A DNA stretch of 64,000 nucleotides from the IMG/VR virus record IMGVR_UViG_3300020027_000005, positions 1 to 64,000 of that record; one strand, 5' to 3'. The first letter of the stretch is position 1. Each line of letters begins with the position of its first letter. This DNA is from a virus. Under the pieces are notes generated by a model that worked only from the letters and a program-made list of their open reading frames with translations, did no database searches and was not told the origin of the DNA. The translations under genes and the position numbers were made by a program. Shown here in pieces: positions 9,956-19,330 of the stretch.

Positions 9956-11620
9956 GTGTCCGTCTTCCTGACGGCCTTCTCTCTGGAGCTCATGAAGAGC
10001 GCCGAGGAGAAGAAAGAACAGAGGCCCAGCTACCTTCACTCGATGGTGGCTGGGATTCCTGTTCTCACAGGTCAGGCACTCTCGGACATTCCAGAAGGCG
10101 CGATCGAGGGGACTATCGAGCACTCGATCCGCAACAAGAAGTTCACTCCACGGGTGGACGTTGGAGCTCTTCGGTTCGGAAGTCGAATGGCTGCTGGACT
10201 TGGGACGACTCCGGTTTTCTTGAGCGGAATGCACGACATCACCAATGCGAAGTCCAAGAAGGACGAGCACGTGGGGATGGCGAAACTTGTTGCGGCCGGT
10301 GGTGCTTATGCAGGGGCTCGGGGAGCTATCGAAAGCAAGTTCTCCAAGGACATCGCGAAGAATCCGAAGTCCTGGAGATACGTCGCAGCTCGGACAGGGA
10401 TGGGCGTTGGCGGAGCCGCTCTCACCGGTTTGACTGTCGGACGTGCACTCCGACACGAGAAGAAAGAGCCGACCTTCCGAAAGAAGTACGTCGAGCCAGC
10501 CCTTGTCGGTGCAGGTCTTTCCTCCGGAAAGGCACTCATCGAGGAAGTGGCTCTCGAAGGAGGGAAGGCACTTCGAACTGCAGAAGGTCGCCGAGGTGTT
10601 GTCGGAAAGGCGGTTGGAAAGGCAGGAGCCGGAGCTGTCGGAACTCTCCTCCTCTCCGAGATCATGAGAAGAGCCCTCAAGCCGAAGTCTGGGAAGGAGA
10701 AGAAGTCCGCAGCCTCCATGGGTCCGACTGCAGAGCTGAACTCCCAGACCGATGACTGGGCCAAAAAGGCGAGCACAGAAGAGCTTCTGAAGTTCTACAA
10801 GGAACTCGAACTACGAGGCGGAGAACGGTCTCCTTCAGCCCGAGCGGCCTTCTACCCACTTCATGACGAACTCTCGAAGAGAGGAGTGTCTCTTCCGAAA
10901 CTCAAGGAGCGGGAAAACACAACCGGCTTGGTTCGAGCCCCGAATCGCTCGAGCCTTGTGGCACCCGCCGCTCTGCTCCTCACTCCGACTCTCGCCTACT
11001 CCGCTCTCACCACTCTCCCTTTGACCGACCGAGATCGGGTGCTCACGGACGCACTCGATCGGACCTACGTGCAGGGGAAGATCAACGTCGTGAGACACAG
11101 CAACGACGGAATTCTTCTGAGGCGTGGAGACGGCTTCGCAATTCCGGATACTGAAACTATCGGAGTTGCGGCGGAAACTGATCCAGCCGAATTTGCACAC
11201 GAGATTGGGCACGTTCGTCGTGGAGATATCCGAGGCAGGACCATCGGACACGCTGGAACGGTCGTGATCAGCAGAATCTCGAATGCTGCAGTCGCGTTCC
11301 TGAGTCTCGGAATCTTGGCCACGACTTTCGATCGCTCTTTCGCAACCAAGGAAGAGCTGGAGTCTAAGAGCCGGGCGGTGGCTGCAATCGGAGTCGTCGG
11401 AGCTGCGCTCTCTTCCCCGGTCCTGGCGGAAGAGGCGATGGCCAGTGTCAAGGCAACGAAGTATCTCTCGTCGGCTGGGGCTTCGACTTCTGAAATCGCA
11501 GGGAAAGTGGTCAAGAATCTCGGACCTGCTTTCGCTACATACGCAGCACCTGTCGCTCTTCCTTTCTTGATTGCTCGGATGCTGAAGAAGCGTTCACAGG
11601 CAGAGCCGGAAAAGGCCTAG
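9956..11620 (+). CDS. Membrane protein with C-terminal zinc metallopeptidase (YugP / Zn_peptidase_2-like)
   Basis: FAHEIGH, two hydrophobic helices, then EEAMAS (third ligand) and AFATY. N-terminal half has repeated glycine-zipper helices. GGAGG RBS. Confidence 0.75.
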   Translation: MSVFLTAFSLELMKSAEEKKEQRPSYLHSMVAGIPVLTGQALSDIPEGAIEGTIEHSIRNKKFTPRVDVGALRFGSRMAAGLGTTPVFLSGMHDITNAKSKKDEHVGMAKLVAAGGAYAGARGAIESKFSKDIAKNPKSWRYVAARTGMGVGGAALTGLTVGRALRHEKKEPTFRKKYVEPALVGAGLSSGKALIEEVALEGGKALRTAEGRRGVVGKAVGKAGAGAVGTLLLSEIMRRALKPKSGKEKKSAASMGPTAELNSQTDDWAKKASTEELLKFYKELELRGGERSPSARAAFYPLHDELSKRGVSLPKLKERENTTGLVRAPNRSSLVAPAALLLTPTLAYSALTTLPLTDRDRVLTDALDRTYVQGKINVVRHSNDGILLRRGDGFAIPDTETIGVAAETDPAEFAHEIGHVRRGDIRGRTIGHAGTVVISRISNAAVAFLSLGILATTFDRSFATKEELESKSRAVAAIGVVGAALSSPVLAEEAMASVKATKYLSSAGASTSEIAGKVVKNLGPAFATYAAPVALPFLIARMLKKRSQAEPEKA

Positions 11621-11647
11621 GTACTGTACACTGCAGGCGGAGAAAGC

Positions 11648-12964
11648 ATGACGATCAAGGCCGGTGCCCGCAGGTTCGACATCGAAGCGGTCGTCCAGTT
11701 GGCGGGGACTGCGAGAAACCTCGACACCGTTGTGCACTTCTTCGACGAAGAGCTGGAGAAAATCGCTGCGGGTGTTGGTGCTGCTGCCGGTGAGGGGGTG
11801 GAGAAGCTGCTCCAAGCTCTTAGAGGACGAGGTGCTGCTCGTGCAGCTGCGAAGGTGAAAACTCCGAATCCTTCAAACAGAGCTGCTCTCGAACAGGCAC
11901 TCGACAAGGTTCGGCAGCAGGGTTCGACCTCGGCCTACAACGCGACCCCGGCCGGTCACATCGAACGACCCACCGGAGCTACTCCCACAGGTTTCCAGAC
12001 TCCCATGATGGCCCCTCCGAGAGAGGGTCCTCCGGCTCGGTCTGCGCTTCCTACCATGGCTCCGGATACGACCCAGAGAATCTCCCCTCCCCTGGGAGCA
12101 TCTCCGGCACTTTCGACTCCTGCACCTTCGTTGCGAGCCCCGGCTCCTGCACCGGCCCCGCAACCTGCGTCGGCAGTTCATGCAACGCCGCCTCCGACTC
12201 CCCCGCCTGTTGTTCCACCTCCGGTAGCGCCGGCTCCGGCCCCCGGTCGTGTTGCGACAATCTCCCAGACGCCTGTTGCGCCTCGACCGGCTCCGGTGGC
12301 CTCTGCAAGTGCTGCCGGAACCCAGGGCCCGGCCCAGGTTGCAGTTCCGAAAACCCCTCCTCCTTCTCCGACCCCCGGCCCGTCGACTCTGGCTCCTCCG
12401 ACCCCTTCGATTCGACCACCCGAAGGTGGACTCCCCCGTCCGACAAATCCGCAAGCGGTCCCTCCCCCGGCCCCACCGCCATTGCCCCCTCCCGCCCCGA
12501 CGGGACCCGCGTACGCTCCTGCGCCAACGTCGGGTCCCGTTCACGGACCGGCTCCTCTCGGAGCTACTGCAACTCCGGCCGCTACCGGAGCGATGGCGGA
12601 TCTCAAGACCGAAGCGCAGGCACTCCTCAGTGGAAACAGGGTGGGAGAGCAGCGCGTCCTCAACACTTCAGGTGGCTCAGTCGAACAAGCTGGAAATGCC
12701 ACCCCTTCGAAGAAGGCCCCGAAAGGTCCCTCTACACAAGGGCGTCCGGCTCCTCCAGTGCCAAAACCCGTTCCGACCACCGCGGCACCAGGAACTCCGT
12801 CTCCCTTCATCGACCAGGCGAAGGCCCAGGCGATGATGGGACAGAAGTGGTTTCAGGATCTCCCTCCCGAAAGGAAGCAGCAGATTCTGATGGCAGCAGG
12901 GATGGCTGGAACTGGTGCACTGGGTCTCGGAGCAGGCGTGGTCGGCTCAAGCCTCATGAACTAG
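11648..12964 (+). CDS. Pro/Ala-rich protein with C-terminal glycine-zipper membrane anchor
   Basis: Long P/A/T low-complexity core; C-terminal AAGMAGTGALGLGAGVVG; N-terminal FFDEELEKIAA. Confidence 0.8.
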   Translation: MTIKAGARRFDIEAVVQLAGTARNLDTVVHFFDEELEKIAAGVGAAAGEGVEKLLQALRGRGAARAAAKVKTPNPSNRAALEQALDKVRQQGSTSAYNATPAGHIERPTGATPTGFQTPMMAPPREGPPARSALPTMAPDTTQRISPPLGASPALSTPAPSLRAPAPAPAPQPASAVHATPPPTPPPVVPPPVAPAPAPGRVATISQTPVAPRPAPVASASAAGTQGPAQVAVPKTPPPSPTPGPSTLAPPTPSIRPPEGGLPRPTNPQAVPPPAPPPLPPPAPTGPAYAPAPTSGPVHGPAPLGATATPAATGAMADLKTEAQALLSGNRVGEQRVLNTSGGSVEQAGNATPSKKAPKGPSTQGRPAPPVPKPVPTTAAPGTPSPFIDQAKAQAMMGQKWFQDLPPERKQQILMAAGMAGTGALGLGAGVVGSSLMN

Positions 12965-12973
12965 GGAGCGGAG

Positions 12974-13495
12974 ATGAACGAATTCGAACTGCACGGCCGG
13001 GTTGTCGCACAGGCCTTCTTCCTCGAGCTCGAGAAGATTGCGATGGCCGATCCGATGGACATCGTTCACGGTCTTCGAGCAAACCAGGCTCTCCGGAGTG
13101 CAGCCTCTCCGAGTCTTGTGCAGAAGCTCAAGCCGGGAACGGGGAGCTTCTTCGGGGCCGTGAAGGACAAGGTCCGTCTTCACTTGAAGGGACGGAATGT
13201 TCGGAAGAGTGCGATCAAGGACCTCGATAGCGCTTCCAAGTACACACCGGGGGCGGATGACATCGAGGACAACGCCAACCTCGCCAGGGCTGCTCGAGGT
13301 CGGGAAGCCGAACATGAACTTCACGGGAAGCCGGGTGAGTCGAGCTTCTTCGGCGGAAAGAAGAAGAAGGAGCCGGTGAGGGGTCACCGGGCCAGGCTTC
13401 GGGACCTCGCCTTCGGTGCGGGAATCGGTGGAGCAGGCGTGATCGGCACCAGCATGTACCTGAAAGGTGGACAGGCTGAGCCCGGCTACGAGTAA
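12974..13495 (+). CDS. Basic protein with C-terminal glycine zipper
   Basis: N-terminal AFFLELEKIA; C-terminal LAFGAGIGGAGVIG; GGAG RBS. Confidence 0.8.
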   Translation: MNEFELHGRVVAQAFFLELEKIAMADPMDIVHGLRANQALRSAASPSLVQKLKPGTGSFFGAVKDKVRLHLKGRNVRKSAIKDLDSASKYTPGADDIEDNANLARAARGREAEHELHGKPGESSFFGGKKKKEPVRGHRARLRDLAFGAGIGGAGVIGTSMYLKGGQAEPGYE

Positions 13496-14214
13496 TGGAA
13501 AAGGCCGAAAAGAAGACGAGGGCGGCCCAAGAGCTCGAACTCTGGCGCGACTGGAAGGCCAACCCTTCTGACGCCACGCTCGAGCCCTTGATGGCGTCCA
13601 TGCAAAACGTTGTTCAACAGCGGGTGAACCAGTTTCGTGGAGCTCCCGTTCCACCTGCCGCTGTTCAGGGTTTTGCAAACGTCCAGCTCAAAAAGGCCTT
13701 CCATACCTACAGCCCGGACAAGGGAGCTTCTCTCGCGACCCATGCGAACTGGTACTTGAAGAAGGTCCAGACCTTCGTCATCAAGCACCAGAACATCGGG
13801 AAGATTCCAGACCAGCGAGCGAACAACATCGCCGAGTACCGAGCTGCGAAAGAGGAACTCCGAGAGACGCTGGGGATGGAGCCAGACGCTCTCTCCTTGT
13901 CGGAACATCTCGGCTGGAGTCAGCGAGAGGTCGAGCGGATGGAGGCAGAGCAGAGAAAGGACCTCATCGCTTCCAAGAACCCAGAAGCTGACCAGCTCGC
14001 CGAAACCTACTCGAACCGAGAGAGGGAAGTTCTACGGTACATCCACTACGACCTGACCCCGGATGAGCGCCTGGTCTTCGAGTACACTCTGGGGTTGTAC
14101 GGAAAGCCGCAGATCTCGGCCACCGAGATTTCGAGAAGGATGAGTATCTCTCTTCCGAAGGTCAGCCGAATTCGAGCGAAGATCGACAAGAAGCTTCGTG
14201 CCCGGGGTGTGTAG
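13495..14214 (+). CDS. Sigma70-family RNA polymerase sigma factor (group 3, FliA/SigF-like size)
   Basis: Region 2 (LKKAFHTYSPDKGASLATHANWYL), region 3 (LRETLGMEPDALSLSEHLGWS), region 4 HTH (LTPDERLVF...SATEISRRMSISLPKVSRI). Confidence 0.88.
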   Translation: MEKAEKKTRAAQELELWRDWKANPSDATLEPLMASMQNVVQQRVNQFRGAPVPPAAVQGFANVQLKKAFHTYSPDKGASLATHANWYLKKVQTFVIKHQNIGKIPDQRANNIAEYRAAKEELRETLGMEPDALSLSEHLGWSQREVERMEAEQRKDLIASKNPEADQLAETYSNREREVLRYIHYDLTPDERLVFEYTLGLYGKPQISATEISRRMSISLPKVSRIRAKIDKKLRARGV

Positions 14215-14420
14215 TGGCTTTGTCCGCAGAAACCATTACCAACCTCGAGATCGCAAAGATTGCGATTCAGGAGTACCTGGACAACCGTGTGGATGAAATC
14301 GACGACCTCGTCTTCAACCTGAAGGCATACGGGGTCCCGCTCGACTCTCTGTCGGTCAGCACTACGGAAGCTGCGACGGACGAGGCCATGGCCACCATCT
14401 CCAGCCTTCTGGCATTCTGA
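14214..14420 (+). CDS. Hypothetical protein (68 aa)
   Basis: Coupled ORF filling the gap. Confidence 0.65.
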   Translation: MALSAETITNLEIAKIAIQEYLDNRVDEIDDLVFNLKAYGVPLDSLSVSTTEAATDEAMATISSLLAF

Positions 14421-14426
14421 GGAACC

Positions 14427-15017
14427 ATGGAGTCCGTTACTCTCGTCTTTCTCGATTCCATGATCGGAAACCAGGTTGTCCCCAACCTGTTGATCACGGT
14501 CTATGAAGAAGACGGGATTAACCTCGTTACCTATGGACGAACTGGGCCCGACGGTACGGTAGAGCTGCTCGCGCCTGTGGGTAACTACGTCGTCCGAACC
14601 TTCAAGATCGGAGTGACTCCGACAGAAGAGACCTTGACCGTCGAAATCGGGGGAGGTTCTTTCACCTTCTACGTCTCGACCATCCTGGTGGCCCCTCCTC
14701 CCTCTCCGAGGGTTTGTCGGCTCTTCTCGAACTTCGTGTCGTTGAACGGACGGCCTTGGGTTCAGTTCAGACTTCAGGTCTCCAACATGTTCGACCCGAA
14801 GGCGGCAGAGGGTCTCGCGGTCGTCGAGAACACGTTGACCCTCGAGACTGACGCCGCAGGCCATGTGGAGTTCGACGTCGTTCGAGGGGCCAGAATCCGG
14901 GTCACGTTCATCACCACCCCCTTCAGCCGGGAGATCGTGGTTCCGGATAAGGCGGTCGAGAACCTTATGACTGCGCTGGGGGAGTCTACGGACAACTTCC
15001 GTGTTGTTCGGAGATAG
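14427..15017 (+). CDS. Beta-sandwich (carboxypeptidase-regulatory / prealbumin-like) virion protein
   Basis: Two T-x-x-x-G-x-V motifs (RTGPDGTV, ETDAAGHV). Confidence 0.6.
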   Translation: MESVTLVFLDSMIGNQVVPNLLITVYEEDGINLVTYGRTGPDGTVELLAPVGNYVVRTFKIGVTPTEETLTVEIGGGSFTFYVSTILVAPPPSPRVCRLFSNFVSLNGRPWVQFRLQVSNMFDPKAAEGLAVVENTLTLETDAAGHVEFDVVRGARIRVTFITTPFSREIVVPDKAVENLMTALGESTDNFRVVRR

Positions 15018-15025
15018 GAGCCTGC

Positions 15026-17083
15026 ATGCCGATCAATAAGACCATCGCCAGGCTCTATTCCGCATCGCGGAACATGCTCATCAACCCCTACTTCGAGGGG
15101 ATTGACGTCAACCTGGCTGCAGCGAACCTGAACCAAGACTTCCTCCCGGTTCCCCATGGGGATCTCTTTCGGTTCGCCCCTGGTTGGTTCCCCTACGGCG
15201 GAGCCGCAAATGGCGATTACGCTCGCCCCGACACCTACACTTTCTCGACGATCGACAATCCGTTCGCCAACAACACGAGTGGCGAGCGGGTGAACCAGGC
15301 CGAGACGACTTCCGACCAGCGTTACGGGAACGGCATCATCATCGAGCAAGAGTCTGGGAAGGACTTCGGAATCGTCCAGCCCATCCTGCGGGGAGCTGCA
15401 CTCAAGCGGGCGACGAAGGTCCGTATCACCGGGTGCTACCAGATCCTCCAGAACGATGGAGCTGGTGGAATCGGGTCTGATGTTTCCGGGATCCACATCT
15501 ACTTGAAGAAGGAACTTCGGGCGATCAACATCGGAACCGGGAAAGTCGCCGAGGCTGCGTCGACTTCGAGCAGTGTGGATGCGAACACACTCACTTCTCC
15601 AGGAGGAACTACCTGGATTACCGACGGGGTGGCCATCGGGGACACGCTAGTCGTCCCGAACGAGGGCTACTTCACGATCACGAGTGTGGTTTCGGAAACC
15701 AACCTCGATGTGACTCCGAACATGACCCACCCTACCGGGCTCGAGGCCGGGGTCTACGTTCTCGGTCCTCCCTCGGCTACGACGGGTCGGGCAACTGAGG
15801 ACGGTCAGAGAATCGTTCTTCCTCCAGAGACTCGGTTCGTGGCCCATCTCATGCCGACCGATACCGACTTTCTTCACGCAGATGGAGAGGCCGGAATCAC
15901 GGGTACCGAACAACTCATCCGAGCGTACGACTTTCTGGCGGTGGCTCCAGGAGGGAATGATGCGCAGTACAAGCACCTGGTTCTGGGGCCATCTACGGCA
16001 CTTCCTGGGGATCGAAGAGGTTTCCGGAATCCCGAAGTTCTGACGAACTTCACGGCTTGGATTCTCGAAGACCAGGTCGAGACCAGCAACGGGAAAGGCG
16101 ATGTTCTCTTCTCGTCTGACGACTCGGTCGGCGGGACCGTCACCCCGACGGAAGATCTCATCTTCTTCGACGAGATCATTACCCTGAACGAGACCGCACC
16201 GACCAGCACCCAGGGCGAGTACTTTCTGATCATCCAGCCAGTGAAGCCCTCGCTCTCGGCATCGATCAATGGCTCGGTTTCGATCGTGATCTGGGGAGTC
16301 TCGCTTCAGATTCTCGATAGCGCGGAGGAAGGAGAGTCAAATCTCATCACGGAGTTCACTGCCGGTCGTCGGAACTCGTCGGTGAACATGGACGGGTGGC
16401 CTGCGAAGTACCTGGCGTCCTACCCGATCTACATCCCGACGGTGCTACCCCTCAGTGTGAACTTCCGTCAGGGACATGCCGATACCCAGGACGGGAATCC
16501 GGTCTACGCCACCACGAAGTCTTCGAACAAAGGTGTCCCTCAGCCGCCCGTCTTCCGTTTTCGGGATGGAGAGAACCCGGACACCGTCAACGAAGAGATC
16601 TACATCGCAGAGCAGGTTCGCTATCCTCCAGGCCTGGTCGTCGTCGGTGGCGGAGTTCCTGTCGAAGACCGGAGTGCGACGTGGTCCACGAACATGAACC
16701 TTCGACTCATCGAAGGCTTCTGTCCGCCGCCCTACAACGACAGCGATCGTTACCTGGGCGCCTTCCTCACCCACGAAGACTCGCTCGGGAGGCTTGTCGC
16801 AGAGCTGGACATTCTCCCCGCAGCAGCGGACAGCACGGTTCTTCGCTTCGACACCGTCTTCCGAAACAAGATCGGGCTGTATGACGGCGGAGCGGACGGT
16901 GAGGCGCTGGTGAATCTGGAACAGACCAACTTCCAGCGAATGGGAGCTTCGTCCTTGTTCTTCGTGATGGTCACCCCGCTCCACAACGACACCCCCTCCA
17001 CGTCCATCATCAAGCTCCGGGACGGGTGGGTGTACGGGGTCTACGATCCACGCTGGGGCCTGGCCTCCACACACTGGGACTGA
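15026..17083 (+). CDS. Hypothetical virion protein
   Basis: 685 aa; AGGAG RBS; one copy of the shared GVxxGD module. Confidence 0.7.
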   Translation: MPINKTIARLYSASRNMLINPYFEGIDVNLAAANLNQDFLPVPHGDLFRFAPGWFPYGGAANGDYARPDTYTFSTIDNPFANNTSGERVNQAETTSDQRYGNGIIIEQESGKDFGIVQPILRGAALKRATKVRITGCYQILQNDGAGGIGSDVSGIHIYLKKELRAINIGTGKVAEAASTSSSVDANTLTSPGGTTWITDGVAIGDTLVVPNEGYFTITSVVSETNLDVTPNMTHPTGLEAGVYVLGPPSATTGRATEDGQRIVLPPETRFVAHLMPTDTDFLHADGEAGITGTEQLIRAYDFLAVAPGGNDAQYKHLVLGPSTALPGDRRGFRNPEVLTNFTAWILEDQVETSNGKGDVLFSSDDSVGGTVTPTEDLIFFDEIITLNETAPTSTQGEYFLIIQPVKPSLSASINGSVSIVIWGVSLQILDSAEEGESNLITEFTAGRRNSSVNMDGWPAKYLASYPIYIPTVLPLSVNFRQGHADTQDGNPVYATTKSSNKGVPQPPVFRFRDGENPDTVNEEIYIAEQVRYPPGLVVVGGGVPVEDRSATWSTNMNLRLIEGFCPPPYNDSDRYLGAFLTHEDSLGRLVAELDILPAAADSTVLRFDTVFRNKIGLYDGGADGEALVNLEQTNFQRMGASSLFFVMVTPLHNDTPSTSIIKLRDGWVYGVYDPRWGLASTHWD

Positions 17084-17086
17084 TCC

Positions 17087-17908
17087 ATGGACATCTACAA
17101 CGCGGTCGTCGGAAGAGAGATGGAAGTCCCGTTGTGGTTCGGAGTCACCACGGGTCTGACTCTGGCCACTCTCGACTCTGTCGACGCGATTGACGGAACC
17201 GAAATCATCGACTTCGAGGACGACCTCGGTGCAAGCCTCGAAGAAATCGGCGGCGTTCCAGGGTACTATCTTCTGACCTTTGTTCCTCGTAGATCGGGCA
17301 CCCTGTACTTGAACCTCGTAGATGGCGCCGTCGTGAACGAGTTCGTGGTTCAGTCGGTTCTGCCGGTCCCTCCCATGGTGGCAGACCCGTCCATCGAATC
17401 CGACCACACCATCACGGTCCAGGTCGGAGGAGACAACGTTCCGGGAGCGACGGTCCGGGTCTACAACGAAGCAGGGACGACTCTCCTGGCTCGAGGACTC
17501 ACGGATTCCCAGGGACAGGTCACATTCGTGCTCGAGGCGGGTGCGTACCAGACCCGGGTGAGCAAGGTCGGGTACGACTTCGCCAGCGTGAACCCGACGG
17601 ACATCATCGTCATTCCGAACGACAACATCGTTCCGAGGCTGGACGAGATCCTCCCTTCTTCGGCCTCGATCGGAGACACCGTCACCCTGCTGGGCCAGTT
17701 TTTCGACGACGAAGAGTCTGAAGTCATGTTCGGGGCAGCGACTCCGGAACCCGCTCTCTTCGTGAGTCCAGTGACCCGAGCTCTGATGGTGGTGGTTCCC
17801 GCAGGGCTCACCGACCTCGCCATTCCTGTTCGTGTGAGGAAGCCAGACCCGGAGAATCCGGGAGAGTACTTCCTCTCGAATGTGGTGACCCTGACGAGGG
17901 TTCCGTGA
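17087..17908 (+). CDS. Prealbumin-like plus IPT/TIG domain virion protein
   Basis: VPGATVRVY...TDSQGQVTF; PRLDEILPSSASIGDTVTLLGQFF...VVVP is IPT/TIG-like. Confidence 0.7.
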   Translation: MDIYNAVVGREMEVPLWFGVTTGLTLATLDSVDAIDGTEIIDFEDDLGASLEEIGGVPGYYLLTFVPRRSGTLYLNLVDGAVVNEFVVQSVLPVPPMVADPSIESDHTITVQVGGDNVPGATVRVYNEAGTTLLARGLTDSQGQVTFVLEAGAYQTRVSKVGYDFASVNPTDIIVIPNDNIVPRLDEILPSSASIGDTVTLLGQFFDDEESEVMFGAATPEPALFVSPVTRALMVVVPAGLTDLAIPVRVRKPDPENPGEYFLSNVVTLTRVP

Positions 17909-18636
17909 GCGGGAAGGCTCGGACGATCGAGGCACTGGTCGGGGCTGGTGTAGGAGCTCTCGGTGGTGCTGTGGCCGGAGGTCTCTCCTACGAATCCAAG
18001 GACCCAAAGGAGTGGACCGACGAACATGGACTCACCTACGCCCGAGCCCATACGTCAGAGGAGAAAGCCGAACGTCGAAAACGGATGCTCACGGCCGCTC
18101 TGGTGGGTGCTGGAGTCGGTACAGGGGCTAGCCTGGGCGGGAGTGCTTTCCGGCGAATGCATCTGGACAGTGCAGAAGCAGCGGCGGCCCCCGAGCTGAT
18201 CAGAAACCGACTCGGTCATCTTCGAAAAATGGTCGATGAGGCCGAGGCAGGTGTCTCGGATGTCGACCAGTTCGGTCGTCGACTCATGGAACCCGAAGTT
18301 CTGAAGAAGCGGATGGTCCTCCAGGACCAAGAACATGAGTTGCACGGTCTTCTGGGGAAGGCTCGGGAAGCGAGAAGCGACTCGCCCTGGGGCGGCTACA
18401 CGCAGCTGAAGGACAAAGGTCCCCGAGAGGACCTCACCCACGAGGGTCGAGTCAATCGGCACTTCAAGGAGTTGAGGGCCAGACATGGACTCCCCGGGAT
18501 CGTGGACGAGGAGTTCTTTAAGCAGCTCCTCCACAAGAGCGCCAGCATCTCGACCATCCTGGCGGATCTGCCTTCTTCTGCGGGAAAGGCTTTCTTCAGC
18601 GAACTTCGGGAGATCAGCTCCCATGCGAGAGGGTGA
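17905..18636 (+). CDS. Glycine-zipper membrane protein
   Basis: Two ALVGAGVG helices; C-terminal AFFSELREIS. Confidence 0.75.
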   Translation: MSGKARTIEALVGAGVGALGGAVAGGLSYESKDPKEWTDEHGLTYARAHTSEEKAERRKRMLTAALVGAGVGTGASLGGSAFRRMHLDSAEAAAAPELIRNRLGHLRKMVDEAEAGVSDVDQFGRRLMEPEVLKKRMVLQDQEHELHGLLGKAREARSDSPWGGYTQLKDKGPREDLTHEGRVNRHFKELRARHGLPGIVDEEFFKQLLHKSASISTILADLPSSAGKAFFSELREISSHARG

Positions 18637-19307
18637 TGGCCACCACGATCACCGGCACCATCATCTCTCCAGGAACTGATCCAGAACTGAACCTGTGTCG
18701 GGTGTCCGGCTACTTGCGAGATGTGGGCGGAGTTCCGTTGAGGGGACAGGCCATTACGGTCCGCCACATCTACAACCCGATCGGAATCGCCCCCGACACT
18801 CTCGTATTGAGCGAGAGAAAGGTCTATCGTACAGACAAAGACGGGTACGTCCAGTTCGACCTGCTCCAGGGAGCTTTGGTTGATTTCGAACTCCCGAACC
18901 GACTCGCCGATCACGTCCTTCATCGCCTCGTCCCCAGTGTCGTCAGCATCGACCTGGTCGACCTCTTCTTCCCCTACATCCTCGCGATCGAGTTCGTTAC
19001 GACCACCCCACAAGCCCTCGAGGTCGGGGACACACTCACGATCGCCGCCGTCGCTCTCCTTTCGAATGGCGAGACCGTGGTTCTGGCATCTACTTCGACC
19101 ACGCTCGAATCTTCAGACGAAGAGGTTCTTGAAAGAACGTCGGGCTTCCTCTTCACGGCGTTGACCCCAGGATCGATTCTCATCTCGATGACGGACTTCG
19201 ACCCGGAGCCTCTGAAGCTCCTGCTCGAGCCGGATGGGGATGCGATCTACATTCAAGCTCAACCCGCCCTGGCCTTCCCGGACGACATCGTGGTCGTCGT
19301 GTCCTAG
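18633..19307 (+). CDS. Virion protein with Ig-like (Big_2-like) domain
   Basis: TDKDGYVQF; LEVGDTLTI...ESSDEEVL...ALTPG. Confidence 0.65.
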   Translation: MMATTITGTIISPGTDPELNLCRVSGYLRDVGGVPLRGQAITVRHIYNPIGIAPDTLVLSERKVYRTDKDGYVQFDLLQGALVDFELPNRLADHVLHRLVPSVVSIDLVDLFFPYILAIEFVTTTPQALEVGDTLTIAAVALLSNGETVVLASTSTTLESSDEEVLERTSGFLFTALTPGSILISMTDFDPEPLKLLLEPDGDAIYIQAQPALAFPDDIVVVVS

Positions 19308-19330
19308 GTCGGAGGAGATAGAAGACTGCG

